From positions 10,019-74,018 of the forward strand of contig PWRN01000027.1 in assembly GCA_003556225.1 (NCBI GenBank): a stretch of DNA of 64,000 bases. Direction: 5' to 3'. Source of the stretch: Syntrophomonadaceae bacterium (lineage in GTDB: Bacteria; Bacillota; Dethiobacteria; DTU022; UBA8154). Shown one piece after another: positions 46,523-56,166 of this stretch. Both the position numbers and the translations under genes were made by a program. Numbering within the stretch: the first letter of the stretch is position 1; each line of letters starts with the position of its first letter. The notes beneath the pieces were generated by a model. The model was not told the DNA's origin and did no database searches. It was given only the letters and a program-made list of their open reading frames with translations.

Positions 46523-47098
46523 TTAACGAACATTTTTTTGAACCTTCTCATGGGCTATGTTTTCTACTAATACCTTGATTTCAGCAACATTGTAGCCGCT
46601 GATTTCCTGGACGTACGCCTTAACCTTCTCCTGCAGCTCCGAGGCGAGTCCGGGGATGGGGATATCGGGGATGGGTTGAATGCGCAAATAGATCACGAGG
46701 CCTTGTTCTGTAGATTCTGTCCTGGTGCTGACCTCCCGGATCCCTTTCACGGAACGAGCCGCCATTAAGACCATGTTTTCCACCGCTTTTAAAGAGATCC
46801 GCACCTCGCCCATTTCAGAAAAACTGGTCACGCTGCTAAATTCTTTCTCTTTCTCTTTCTCTTTCTTTGAGGTAAAGACCGCGATCAAAATAATGCCCAG
46901 CACGAACACAATAAAACCGAACAAGGTATAGCTGAAATTGCCTACAAGGAAGCCGAGATTGATACCCAGGAGAGCAACTTCACCCAGTAGACCAAAGGTT
47001 ACGAGGATAATGATAAGGCCGAACAGTGAAATCAGGACTCCCAGGAGCGTGTATAATAACTTCCTTACGGTTTGCATATGCACTGTTCTCCTTTCCAA
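46523..47098 (-). CDS. amaP: alkaline shock response membrane anchor protein AmaP-like
   Basis: N-terminal TM helices followed by a soluble domain. Lies immediately downstream of an Asp23-family gene. A KEKEKEKE repeat is present. Confidence 0.55.
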   Translation of the reverse strand: MERRTVHMQTVRKLLYTLLGVLISLFGLIIILVTFGLLGEVALLGINLGFLVGNFSYTLFGFIVFVLGIILIAVFTSKKEKEKEKEFSSVTSFSEMGEVRISLKAVENMVLMAARSVKGIREVSTRTESTEQGLVIYLRIQPIPDIPIPGLASELQEKVKAYVQEISGYNVAEIKVLVENIAHEKVQKNVR

Positions 47099-47154
47099 AT
47101 TTAAAGCTAACCTCCTGGATAAGTCCAGGAGGTCAGCCGTGCCTTAAAATATTA

Positions 47155-47550
47155 TTATTTTATTCCCTCTTCTTCCGTCTGTGCTTGTGGGAAGTTTACT
47201 CCCTGCACGTGCACATTGACCTTGATCACTTTCAAGCCGGTCATGGATTCGATGGCCTTTTTAACATTTTCTTGCACGGACCAGGCTACATCGGGAATCC
47301 TGGAGCCGTAACTAACGATTAAATACAAATCCACGGCGGCTTCTTCTTCCCCTACTTCAACTTTTACCCCCTTGGAGAGGTTCTTGCGACCTAAAGCTTC
47401 TGCAATACCTCCGACGATGCCACCGCTCATGTACGCGACACCCTCCACTTCCGTTGCAGCCAGTCCGGCAATGATTGAAACAACTTCATCGGCAATGCGA
47501 ATTGAGCCCAACTCTGAAGGGAGAGTCTTGCCTGCTTCAGCCATTTTCAT
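47155..47550 (-). CDS. Asp23/Gls24 family alkaline-shock/envelope-stress protein
   Basis: IRIADEVVSIIAGLAATEVEGVAYM DUF322 signature, 131 aa. Confidence 0.8.
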   Translation of the reverse strand: MKMAEAGKTLPSELGSIRIADEVVSIIAGLAATEVEGVAYMSGGIVGGIAEALGRKNLSKGVKVEVGEEEAAVDLYLIVSYGSRIPDVAWSVQENVKKAIESMTGLKVIKVNVHVQGVNFPQAQTEEEGIK

Positions 47551-47591
47551 ACCTCCTTCTGATTAGTGTAATGGGCTTCGTAATCTTCTTA

Positions 47592-47621
47592 ATTATACCA
47601 AAAAGATCGCCTCACTTCAAA
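47592..47621 (-). promoter_or_regulatory. candidate sigma-A promoter for the asp23 operon: -35 TTGAAG (47621-47616), 18-nt spacer, -10 TATAAT (47597-47592)
   Basis: Read from the minus strand, roughly 45 nt upstream of the asp23 start. Confidence 0.3.
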
Positions 47622-47679
47622 CCTGTTTACTGCCCCCTGGCGCATTTTTATTCCGCAGGGAAAACGTCCTGTGCTCCAA

Positions 47680-47711
47680 GACAAAAGCGCTCTTTGCCGA
47701 GCGCTTTTGTC
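47680..47711. other. perfect 13-bp inverted repeat GACAAAAGCGCTC-N6-GAGCGCTTTTGTC (hairpin; possible terminator or operator)
   Basis: Exact palindrome arms at 47680-47692 and 47699-47711. Lies 40 nt downstream of the minus-strand zinc-ribbon gene and upstream of the asp23 promoter candidate. No clean U-tract follows on either strand. Confidence 0.4.
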
Positions 47712-47752
47712 TAAATCTCGGGCCAACGAAAAACCTTTCGCGAAGAAACCGT

Positions 47753-48202
47753 TTATTCCCTGTCGTCGTCTTCCTCCAGGTCTTCTTCTAGCGCTGCATC
47801 CCAGTCTTCATCGCTGGTAAAGACGACCTTGCCGCAGCCGGGACAAAGCACTTCCAGGGCTTCCTCGTCTTCCAGGATATCTTCATCGATGGCAACTTCC
47901 TGGTGACACTCCGGGCACTCTACGGTGAAGGGAACATCATAGATGTCTTCATCATAGTCGTCGAACAATTCATCTTCCGCTTCCATGTACCCTTCTTCCA
48001 GGTCTGAAAGATCTTCATCCAGGGCCTCAACATAAGAAAATAATTCGTCGTGATCATCTCTGACCTCTTCCAGGGAATCGACAATATCCTCGATAACCAT
48101 GATGATCTGGCGAATGATCTTTCCTTCCTTGGTATCATCATTTATGCCAAGACCTTCCGCCAGGCCTTTCAAGTAACCCAGCTTTGAATTTAAATCTTCC
48201 AT
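47753..48202 (-). CDS. hypothetical highly acidic protein with a CPECH...CPGCG zinc-ribbon
   Basis: About 150 aa, Asp/Glu-rich, with two CxxC pairs. Start placed after efp so the genes do not overlap. Confidence 0.4.
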   Translation of the reverse strand: MEDLNSKLGYLKGLAEGLGINDDTKEGKIIRQIIMVIEDIVDSLEEVRDDHDELFSYVEALDEDLSDLEEGYMEAEDELFDDYDEDIYDVPFTVECPECHQEVAIDEDILEDEEALEVLCPGCGKVVFTSDEDWDAALEEDLEEDDDRE

Positions 48203-48221
48203 TTTCACATACCTCCTCTTA

Positions 48222-48779
48222 TTATACCCGTTCCAGGTAGTTACCGGTCCGGGTATCGATCCGTAAAACATCTCCTTCACTGATAAAAAAGGGGACTTGC
48301 ACCACCAACCCGGTTTGGAGCTTTGCCGGTTTGCTGCCGCCTGATGCCGTATCTCCTTTGTACGCCGGATCCGTTTCGATCACTTCCAGTTCAACGGAAT
48401 GCGGCAGCTCGATGCCGATATTCTCCTCTTTAAAGAAAAGCATACTGATTTTCATATTTTCTTTCAAGAACTTTAGATTGTCGCCCAGTTGATCAGCATG
48501 GAGCGAAAACTGTTCATAGCTTTCCGTATTCATGAAAAAATATTCTTCTCCCGAGTTGTAGAGATACTCCATCTCCCTGCGTTCAATCATCGCTCGTGCC
48601 AATTTTTCGCCGGCACGGAATGTTTTTTCGGTAATCGAACCTGTGCGCATATTTTTTAATTTGGAACGCACAAAAGCAGCTCCCTTGCCCGGCTTGACAT
48701 GTTGGAAATCCATGACCATGTATACTTCGCCTTCCAGCTCAATCGTTAAACCTGTTTGAAAATCATTTGTTGAGATCAT
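48222..48779 (-). CDS. efp: translation elongation factor P
   Basis: 185 aa. The [15 protein letters not shown] loop contains the conserved modified Lys region. Confidence 0.9.
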   Translation of the reverse strand: MISTNDFQTGLTIELEGEVYMVMDFQHVKPGKGAAFVRSKLKNMRTGSITEKTFRAGEKLARAMIERREMEYLYNSGEEYFFMNTESYEQFSLHADQLGDNLKFLKENMKISMLFFKEENIGIELPHSVELEVIETDPAYKGDTASGGSKPAKLQTGLVVQVPFFISEGDVLRIDTRTGNYLERV

Positions 48780-48808
48780 CCATTGAATCCCTCCCCGGCG
48801 GGTTTAAT

Positions 48809-49927
48809 CTATTGATGGTAGGTTAATATTTTCGCGCTCCGGGTGAGCCGTTCGGGTCCACTGCTGCGCAGCAGCACCAAGTCTTCCAGGCGAATGCCCC
48901 CCCAATCTCGATAATAGAGGCCCGGCTCAATGGAAAACACCATTCCCGGTTCCAGGTTCCCCTGCCCTCGAGGTGAAAGGGAAGGTTTTTCGTGGACTTC
49001 CAACCCGATGCCATGGCCCAGGCCGTGACCAAATTGTTCCTCACAGCCCTGTTCATGAAAAAATTGCCTCACCCGGGCATCCACTTCCGTGACAGCAACC
49101 CCGGGTTTAATATATTGAAACGCCAGTTCCTGTGCTTCCATGACAAGGTTAAATCTCTCTTCCTGGATCCCATCGGGCTTTCCTACAACCAGGGTGCGGG
49201 TCATATCCGAGCAGTAGCCCCCGGATACGGCCCCAAAATCCAGGGTAACCAGCTCGTTTTCCCGGATAATCTTTTTTGTGGCGACACCGTGAGGCAAAGC
49301 TGAACGAGGCCCGGATGCCACGATGAGGGGAAAGGGAATTCTTTCCGCACCTTTTTTTCGAAGCAGATATTCCAGCTCACAGGCGACATCGAATTCGCTG
49401 ACGCCCGGACGGATGAAGGGAAGCACCTGCTGGAATGCACTGTCGGCAATACGGACCGCCGCAATGATATACTCAATTTCATCGTCAGTTTTCATGGCCC
49501 GGAGTGTTTCCACAAGGCCGTTTGCCGCAAGTAATTGCAACCTTTCCCCGGATTTTTCCGCAAGTTTTTTAAAGGCTTTTACCGACAGGTACTCCTCTTC
49601 CACAGCCAGGGCGCGAATCCCTTCCCGGGCTAAAAAGCTCATGATTTTTTCGTAATCCAGACCCCCGTCGATCTTCACGGTTTCGAACAGTGGAGATTGT
49701 GTTCGTGCCTGGTCAAGGTAGCGAAAATCTGTAAAGAGGTATGACCGCTGGGGCGTCACCAGCAAAAACCCGTTGGTGCCTGTGAAACCGCTGAGGTACT
49801 GGATGTTGGGCGGATGATTGATCAGGACGGCACCGGCCCCTTGATCCAGCAGTTTCTCTCTCACGCGCTCCAGTCTTTGGATCCCCACCACCCTCTCCCG
49901 GCCTGCACACTGCCCTGACGCCCTCAT
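48809..49927 (-). CDS. Xaa-Pro aminopeptidase / M24 family peptidase (YqhT-like)
   Basis: Creatinase N-domain plus the M24 metal-ligand region HGLGHGIGLEVHE. Adjacent to efp and aroQ as for Bacillus yqhT. The exact start is uncertain. Confidence 0.8.
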   Translation of the reverse strand: MRASGQCAGRERVVGIQRLERVREKLLDQGAGAVLINHPPNIQYLSGFTGTNGFLLVTPQRSYLFTDFRYLDQARTQSPLFETVKIDGGLDYEKIMSFLAREGIRALAVEEEYLSVKAFKKLAEKSGERLQLLAANGLVETLRAMKTDDEIEYIIAAVRIADSAFQQVLPFIRPGVSEFDVACELEYLLRKKGAERIPFPLIVASGPRSALPHGVATKKIIRENELVTLDFGAVSGGYCSDMTRTLVVGKPDGIQEERFNLVMEAQELAFQYIKPGVAVTEVDARVRQFFHEQGCEEQFGHGLGHGIGLEVHEKPSLSPRGQGNLEPGMVFSIEPGLYYRDWGGIRLEDLVLLRSSGPERLTRSAKILTYHQ

Positions 49928-50376
49928 TTTTTTTCGATGAGCTCGCTAATGGCCCGCAAGGCCAGCAGGTAACTTGCGGGGCCGAACCCACATACCTGTC
50001 CTTGCACAACTGGTGCAATGACAGATCGATTTCGAAATTCTTCGCGGCTGTAAATGTTGGTCAGGTGCACTTCTACCGCCGGGATGGCCACCGCGGCCAG
50101 GGCATCCCTGATGGCCAGGCTGTAGTGGGTGTAAGCCCCGGGGTTAATGATGATCCCCTGGTACTGCAGCAGCGCTTCATGGATCCAATCGATAATCACA
50201 CCTTCGCTGTTGCTTTGTCGAATATCAAGTTCCAGCTCCAGCTTCTTCCCCTCTGCAATCAGTAAATCATTGATATCTTTGAGGGTTTTTGTTCCATAAA
50301 GCGATCTTTCCCTCGAACCCAGCAGGTTGAGATTGGGGCCGTGGATAACCAGGATGCGTTTCTTTTTGTCCTTCAT
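49924..50376 (-). CDS. aroQ: type II 3-dehydroquinate dehydratase
   Basis: ILVIHGPNLNLLGSRE and INPGAYTHYSLAIRDA motifs, 150 aa. Confidence 0.9.
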   Translation of the reverse strand: MKDKKKRILVIHGPNLNLLGSRERSLYGTKTLKDINDLLIAEGKKLELELDIRQSNSEGVIIDWIHEALLQYQGIIINPGAYTHYSLAIRDALAAVAIPAVEVHLTNIYSREEFRNRSVIAPVVQGQVCGFGPASYLLALRAISELIEKK

Positions 50377-50502
50377 GAGGTACTCCTCTGCACCAGGATT
50401 TCTGACAGGCTGATTTCTTCACGCTTTTGAAGCTTTTTGTTAATTTCCACTTCCCGGCGTAAATTCCTGCCGATACTGTATAAAAGCCAACATTTCTCCG
50501 GA

Positions 50503-51057
50503 TTATTCCAGTGCATGCTGCAGCAAGACCACGATTTCTTCCGCGATCTCCTCCGGGTTTCTCGCTGTCGTCTTGACCTGGAAATCTGACTTCAGGTATT
50601 GATCCCTGCGCTCCTGGAGCAGGATGCGAATGCGCTCCTGCAAGCGACCTTCTTGCAGCAGCGGGCGATCCTTTTTATCTCTAAGTCTTTGCCAGGCCTC
50701 TTCCGGGCTGACCTCCAAATAAACAATCACCCCCACACGCTGCAAGGCAGCAATGTTGTCATGGCGCAGCACGACCCCTCCTCCGGTAGAAATAACACAG
50801 CTCTCCCGGGGAAGCCCCACCAGCTCCTGGACAACCTTGCTCTCTACCTGGCGGAAATACGCTTCCCCATACAGGTCGAAGATCTGTGAGATGGTCATGC
50901 CGGTTTTAAGTTCGATTATCTCATCCGTCTCCAGGAAATTCAAACCAAGCCGTCCTGCCAGCAAGCGGCCGATCGTCGTTTTCCCCGCCCCCATGAATCC
51001 GGTTAGTACGATGTTTTTGTTGGTTCCGACATTTTTTCGGTCCTGCTTGTTTCGCAT
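50503..51057 (-). CDS. aroK: shikimate kinase
   Basis: P-loop GFMGAGKTTIGRLLA and LID region, 184 aa. Confidence 0.85.
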   Translation of the reverse strand: MRNKQDRKNVGTNKNIVLTGFMGAGKTTIGRLLAGRLGLNFLETDEIIELKTGMTISQIFDLYGEAYFRQVESKVVQELVGLPRESCVISTGGGVVLRHDNIAALQRVGVIVYLEVSPEEAWQRLRDKKDRPLLQEGRLQERIRILLQERRDQYLKSDFQVKTTARNPEEIAEEIVVLLQHALE

Positions 51058-51150
51058 GTTTCTTCTTCCTTTAACCCTTTTTTTTCGCCGCGGTGAAGCC
51101 CCCGTCCTTACCTCTTCTCTTTGCTCAAGCCCGCCGGGAAGGAGAATGGA

Positions 51151-51615
51151 TTACCAGTACTCCGGGGGTTCCCTGGAGAGGCGCACCCTCCCCGTCACCG
51201 GGGTCATAATGATATAGTATTTCCCGCCGCTCCTGGATTCCAGCGTCACGGTGCCTCCACTGCTGGGTCTACCCTTGTAATTAAAATATACAGAGGGAGG
51301 CGTTCCCGGGAACGTGGTTGTCCCAAAATAATTGATGCCGGCAGGAAGCTCAATGCAGTGCGTTCCGGTACTGAAGCGCAGGGCATAGCAATTCGCGTAT
51401 AGATAAAAAACAACTTCACTGTGTTTTCCGCTGGCAATGGCATCCACTCTCGCCTCTCTCAGGTGAACTGCCAGCTCATCTGCTGCGGACTGAAGACTCC
51501 AGCTTTCCAGCGACGGCCAGGCCAGCACGGCGATACTTACAACAAGGGTCAGCAAAGAGAGGACAATGAGGACTTCAAGGATCGTGAATCCCGGGCTGAC
51601 CTGCCGGTTTTTCAT
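51151..51615 (-). CDS. GspH/FimT-family pseudopilin (prepilin-type N-terminal cleavage/methylation domain)
   Basis: GFTILEVLIVLSLL prepilin signature after the internal Met. The ORF track extends to 51711. Confidence 0.6.
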   Translation of the reverse strand: MKNRQVSPGFTILEVLIVLSLLTLVVSIAVLAWPSLESWSLQSAADELAVHLREARVDAIASGKHSEVVFYLYANCYALRFSTGTHCIELPAGINYFGTTTFPGTPPSVYFNYKGRPSSGGTVTLESRSGGKYYIIMTPVTGRVRLSREPPEYW

Positions 51616-51634
51616 CAAACAGTTTACTCGACCC

Positions 51635-52567
51635 TTAAGGTAAAGCATGAGCAGGCCCCCAACGTTTCGTCCCGGGTATAATGGAAAGCGTACGCTTGTG
51701 CTGTAAATCATGAACTCCTGTGCTGGCTTCTAGAACGATTTCTTCTGAAAAAACGTAGGTCCCCGCTTCGACCAGTTCTGCTCCCTGTTCGTTCCGTACC
51801 GGCTGGAGAAATTGCACGCGGATTCCCTCGGGGCCGGATCCCCGCAAATGCAGGCGGGCATCTAGCCCGGAAAGGATCACTTCTCCTCGAAAAACAAGGG
51901 TTTCCGCCGAGAGTTCCACGCTGCAGTCTTCTATGAACAAACTGGGAACATTTTCAAAAAATACCTGGGGGGCCCGGTAGGCATAATGGGCGCAACAATG
52001 TGCGGCCTGGGCGCTTTCGTAAACGGCGACGGCCCCGTCATCCTGCTCGGCCGCATCCATCAGCAGTTCCCCGCTGTCTGCATCAATCCATTCCAGGGAG
52101 ACTGCGTCCAGGGCATCGGCAGGGGTCGAAGGCACCGTCTTGAATTGGAGGAATAGCGATTCCTGGACATGTCCGCGATTCCCCGCGGCATGGATCTTTA
52201 CCCACTGACCCCGGTTTTCTCCCGCAATATGCTCCACTGTCACATCCGTCTTTCCCTGCTCCATATCCCGGGAAAAGCCATCCTGAAATGCGGGGGCTTG
52301 TTTTAACACCCCCAGGGCTAACTCAACACCGGAAAGGGCATAATAATAAGCGGTGAGATTCTTCTCATGTTTCACGGTGATCCTGCTGTCAATCAGACTT
52401 AGCTGCAGCAGGGCACCGCCCAGCACGAGCATGACACTGAAGAGAATCAAGACGGTGATCAGGGCAGAGCCTTTGGAGTTCACCCCGGACAAGAACCGCG
52501 GCTGGTTGTCCCCCTCGTTACAGGTTTCGCACCTGGAAAGACCCCCGCAGGGCATAATAATCATCAC
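51635..52567 (-). CDS. PilX-like minor pilin / pilus assembly protein (N-terminal hydrophobic PilX_N-like segment)
   Basis: GSALITVLILFSVMLVLGGALLQL N-terminal segment. The real start is probably internal (around 52470) because the first roughly 30 codons are unlikely. Confidence 0.5.
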   Translation of the reverse strand: MMIIMPCGGLSRCETCNEGDNQPRFLSGVNSKGSALITVLILFSVMLVLGGALLQLSLIDSRITVKHEKNLTAYYYALSGVELALGVLKQAPAFQDGFSRDMEQGKTDVTVEHIAGENRGQWVKIHAAGNRGHVQESLFLQFKTVPSTPADALDAVSLEWIDADSGELLMDAAEQDDGAVAVYESAQAAHCCAHYAYRAPQVFFENVPSLFIEDCSVELSAETLVFRGEVILSGLDARLHLRGSGPEGIRVQFLQPVRNEQGAELVEAGTYVFSEEIVLEASTGVHDLQHKRTLSIIPGTKRWGPAHALP

Positions 52568-52979
52568 CTTGTCCCCCTGAGATGTAGTAACCTAGCATGC
52601 CCCGCTGGGCGCAAAAAGTAAATTGCAAGTCCTTGATCTGGTAGGCGATCTTGTTTTCCACGAAGTTGGTGAACAAGACAATCTCTTCGCCTTTCAGCTT
52701 GATCGCATAGCCATTGTCGTCTTCAGGTAACGTAAAGCGAATCTCCGTGGGGCTGGGGACAACCAGGGTCTGGGCATAACGAACTTCCCGGAAAATAAAA
52801 TCTGCTGCGATGCGCACATTCTGCTGCACATCAACGTTTTCCCTGCCGGTTTCATACGCGCGAACTCCAAAGAAAAACAAGGAATAAGCGGCGACAAAGA
52901 TGAGGCTCATGATGGCCATGACAATGACGCATTCCAGCAGGGTGAACCCTTTACGCTGATGCTGAAGGGTAGAAATCAT
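52518..52979 (-). CDS. PilW-like pseudopilin (prepilin N-terminal domain)
   Basis: KGFTLLECVIVMAIMSLIF type IV pilin signature. Confidence 0.55.
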   Translation of the reverse strand: MISTLQHQRKGFTLLECVIVMAIMSLIFVAAYSLFFFGVRAYETGRENVDVQQNVRIAADFIFREVRYAQTLVVPSPTEIRFTLPEDDNGYAIKLKGEEIVLFTNFVENKIAYQIKDLQFTFCAQRGMLGYYISGGQGDDYYALRGSFQVRNL

Positions 52980-52987
52980 TACGTTTC

Positions 52988-53455
52988 CTAATCCTTTACA
53001 AAAGAAGTGAAGACAACGGCAAGGTCCGGGGAGCCCTGGCTGCGGTAATGGGCTTCCACGGTAATTTTCAAAACATCGACAGGATAGCCGCTGGCCTGCA
53101 AGGACTGCGCTTCAAGCTGCAGGGAGTGGAACATATCCTCAAATCCCGGCACGGGATCAGAATCGACCCGGGCGATCTCCCCGGGGCGAGAAAAATCTGG
53201 GTTTATACTGCAGGCATAATCCCAAAGCTCATCATAGGACATGGCTCGAAGGCTTTCCATCTGCTCCTGGGCCAGCCCCGCCAGCTGGGTTCTTTTCGCG
53301 TTTAAGCCGCAATAAGCGTAACTGTTCAGCAGCAGTGATAACAAAGAGACGCCTACCAATCCCAGCAGGGCCAGGGCGATAAGAACTTCCACGAGTGAAA
53401 ATCCCCGTTGACAGCCGGGGGAAAACGGGGAAACCCTTTTCATAACGCCCCTCAT
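52988..53455 (-). CDS. PilV-like pseudopilin (prepilin N-terminal domain)
   Basis: RGFSLVEVLIALALLGLVGVSLL type IV pilin signature. Confidence 0.55.
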   Translation of the reverse strand: MRGVMKRVSPFSPGCQRGFSLVEVLIALALLGLVGVSLLSLLLNSYAYCGLNAKRTQLAGLAQEQMESLRAMSYDELWDYACSINPDFSRPGEIARVDSDPVPGFEDMFHSLQLEAQSLQASGYPVDVLKITVEAHYRSQGSPDLAVVFTSFVKD

Positions 53456-53493
53456 GAGGACCTCCCGTGACCAGAATGGACAAGCCGATTTAT

Positions 53494-54636
53494 TTACACG
53501 TATGCAAATAATTCAAACATGGGGAGAAGCACGGAAATGACAACAAGGCCGACAATAACTGCCATAAAAAGGATTAAGGCCGGTTCCAGGATGGCGCCCA
53601 GGCGGTTCAACGTGTGTTCTACGTCTTGCTCATAAAAGGAGGCAGACCTTCCCAGCAGGTGATCCAGGGTCCCGGTTTGTTCGCCTGTTTGTACCAGGCC
53701 AATCACCATGGGAGGGAAAGCGTTTGTGCGGGCAAGGGCATCGGCAACACTGGATCCATGTACGATCCTTGTTTTGCTCTGCTCAATTTTGGTTTTAAAT
53801 ACCCTGTTGTCTGTCACCTGGCCGGCGAGCTCCAGGGCCAGCAGCAGGTCTACTCCACTGCTTAACATGGTTCCCAGGGTTCGGCAAAACGTGGCGACAA
53901 GAGTCTTGCGGTAAAAAGCGCTTACAAAAGGAATGGAAAAGAAGAGGCGATCTTTTGCATACATGCCTTTTTCTGTTTTCAAAGCCAGGCGACAGGCGAA
54001 AAACAGCAGGAGCAAAGATAGGATCAAAAGATGCCAGTGTTTTGCTCCGACCTGGCCCAGGAAAAGGACCGTCCGGGTCAGCAAGGGCAGTTCAGCTCCC
54101 ATACCTAAAAACACGCTTTCAAAGCGGGGCACAACAAAAGAAAAGAGAAAAAGAACCACCAGGACCAGGACGCCGGCGATAATCTTGGGATAAGCGGTGG
54201 CCGACTTGATATTTTGCTCCAAATTGTGTTGTTTTTCAAAGTGCACACTCAACCGCTGCAGGGCCACGTCCAGTTTTCCACTGTTTTCTCCTGCCTGGAT
54301 CATGCGGATGAAAATCGCGGGGAAAACGTGGTCCTGCTGCTTGAAAGCGTCGGAAATTGATACGCCTGCTTCAACTTGCGCCGCAATGGTTTCCAATATT
54401 TTTTTCAACCCGTGACTGCGTGCTTCATGGCTAACAAGCCGTAAACTTGCCGTGACAGGCAGCCCGGCTTCTGTCATGGTTGCAATCCGGGTTGAAATAT
54501 CCATCAACTGGTTGGCTTTCAAGCGAGGCCGGAACAGGGGTAACGAGATGGGTGTGTAACCTATCTTTTTCCATTTACTGATGAACCCGCCTGCCGTATT
54601 GTGGGGGGATTGCTGCTTTCCTCGAGACTCGAGCAC
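53494..54636 (-). CDS. pilC: type IV pilus / type II secretion platform protein (GspF/PilC family)
   Basis: Two T2SSF repeats, polytopic, about 380 aa. Confidence 0.8.
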   Translation of the reverse strand: MLESRGKQQSPHNTAGGFISKWKKIGYTPISLPLFRPRLKANQLMDISTRIATMTEAGLPVTASLRLVSHEARSHGLKKILETIAAQVEAGVSISDAFKQQDHVFPAIFIRMIQAGENSGKLDVALQRLSVHFEKQHNLEQNIKSATAYPKIIAGVLVLVVLFLFSFVVPRFESVFLGMGAELPLLTRTVLFLGQVGAKHWHLLILSLLLLFFACRLALKTEKGMYAKDRLFFSIPFVSAFYRKTLVATFCRTLGTMLSSGVDLLLALELAGQVTDNRVFKTKIEQSKTRIVHGSSVADALARTNAFPPMVIGLVQTGEQTGTLDHLLGRSASFYEQDVEHTLNRLGAILEPALILFMAVIVGLVVISVLLPMFELFAYV

Positions 54637-55008
54637 GTTTGCCTCCTGGAGTGGTTCCTTGAGTAGGTCCCGGTTAAATCCTTTGCTTTGAAAGAATAAC
54701 TTGCCTTGCCTGCAGCATGCATTTTCGAGGAATCGCCGGCGCCGGTGAAGTGAGAGGGTGCTGCACTGGAACTCCCATTAGTATTCGACCGATCCCCGGC
54801 ATTTCCTGCCTGGTCGTTTCCATCAGGGAGCAATGATCAAATATTTTTTTTGATCGAGATCGTGATCATCTCTATAATCATTAGCATGATTCTTGTCATT
54901 CTGGTAATCCCGGCAGTCTTCTACCCTAAAAGATCATCTGACAGCGACAGGGACCTGGAAAGTACCTGTGGCATCTGGTTCTCCTGTCCCGGGCTGGAAA
55001 AAGCGCTG

Positions 55009-56166
55009 CTAAAACGCCGAGTAGGCCACCCGCATCACTTCATCTAACGTCGTCACTCCCTCCTTGCTTCGCCTGATTCCATCCTGTATAAAGGGAATCA
55101 TGCCTTTCGCTACCGCACAGTTGCGGATCGTATCCGTATTCGAAGAACTCCGAATCATTTGGCGCATTTCTTCATCTACAGGCATGATTTCGTGAATGGC
55201 CGTTCTTCCTTTAAACCCTGTGCCGCTACAGGCCGCGCAGCCCTTGCCTTGATAAAGCCGGGTGACTTCCTTCCCGGGATAACTTGCCTCTATCATGGCC
55301 AGATCTGTGGGTGAGGGTTCGTAACTGTCTCGACAGTGCAGGCAGATCAAGCGCACCAACCGCTGCGAGACAATGCCAACCAGGGAAGCGGTCAAGAGAT
55401 AGGGTTTAACACCCATGTCGAGCAGGCGAGTGATGGAGCGAACCGCGTCATTTGTATGAAGTGTGGAAAAAACCAGGTGCCCGGTCAAGGCTGCCCGCGT
55501 CACAATTTCCGCTGTTTCCGTATCCCGGATTTCCCCCACCATGATGATATCGGGATCTTGCCTTAAAGCTGAACGGAGGGTCGCGGCGAAGGTTAATCCA
55601 ATCCTGGAGTTAACCTGGACCTGGTTGATTCGCTCGAGACGATATTCCACGGGATTTTCCACGGTTAAAATATTCTTTTCAGGGCTATTTAAGTATTGCA
55701 GCGTTGAATAAAGCGTGGTCGTCTTTCCACATCCCGTGGGGCCGGTTACCAGGACCATGCCATATGGATTGTCTAAAAAACGATAATAGCGCTCCAGGTT
55801 AAGCGGGCTGAAGCCCAGGGCCTCCAGGGGGCGAACAACTTTTTCTGGATTGAGCACCCGTAAAACCAGTTTCTCTCCATGAACCGTGGGGAGTGATGAC
55901 ACACGAATATGTATGGTTTTTTCTGCAACCTCGACGTGGATGCTCCCATCCTGCGGCAATCGTCTTTCTGCGATATCCATTCCCGCCAGCAACTTCACCC
56001 GGGAGATCACCTGCGCCATTACATCTTTGCTGCATGGGGGCAAATCCCTCAAGGCACCGTCAATACGGTGCCGAACCTGGAGTTTGTCTGCACAGGGTTC
56101 AAGATGAATATCGCTGGCATCGTGGCGAACCCCCGTATCAATTAACGTGTTAACCCACTGCACCAC
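55009..56166 (-). CDS. pilB: type IV pilus assembly ATPase (GspE/PilB family, short form)
   Basis: Walker A VLVTGPTGCGKTTTLYS, Asp box, Walker B (IIMVGEIRD), His box, and tetracysteine CLHC...CAAC. Start placed at the GTG pair 56166/56163. The ORF track extends to 56427, but that N-terminus is Arg/Gly-rich low complexity. Confidence 0.7.
   Translation of the reverse strand: MVQWVNTLIDTGVRHDASDIHLEPCADKLQVRHRIDGALRDLPPCSKDVMAQVISRVKLLAGMDIAERRLPQDGSIHVEVAEKTIHIRVSSLPTVHGEKLVLRVLNPEKVVRPLEALGFSPLNLERYYRFLDNPYGMVLVTGPTGCGKTTTLYSTLQYLNSPEKNILTVENPVEYRLERINQVQVNSRIGLTFAATLRSALRQDPDIIMVGEIRDTETAEIVTRAALTGHLVFSTLHTNDAVRSITRLLDMGVKPYLLTASLVGIVSQRLVRLICLHCRDSYEPSPTDLAMIEASYPGKEVTRLYQGKGCAACSGTGFKGRTAIHEIMPVDEEMRQMIRSSSNTDTIRNCAVAKGMIPFIQDGIRRSKEGVTTLDEVMRVAYSAF

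Noticed and set aside
54561-54833. 90-aa minus-strand ORF rich in Ser/Gly/Asn overlapping the pilC start
   Set aside because: It has no pilin signal sequence or other motif, it overlaps pilC out of frame, and its composition looks non-coding.
54850-55047. 65-aa hydrophobic plus-strand ORF in the pilB-pilC gap
   Set aside because: It is isolated on the opposite strand to every neighbouring gene, has no convincing RBS or promoter, and overlaps the pilB stop. It is kept only as a note under the pilus finding.
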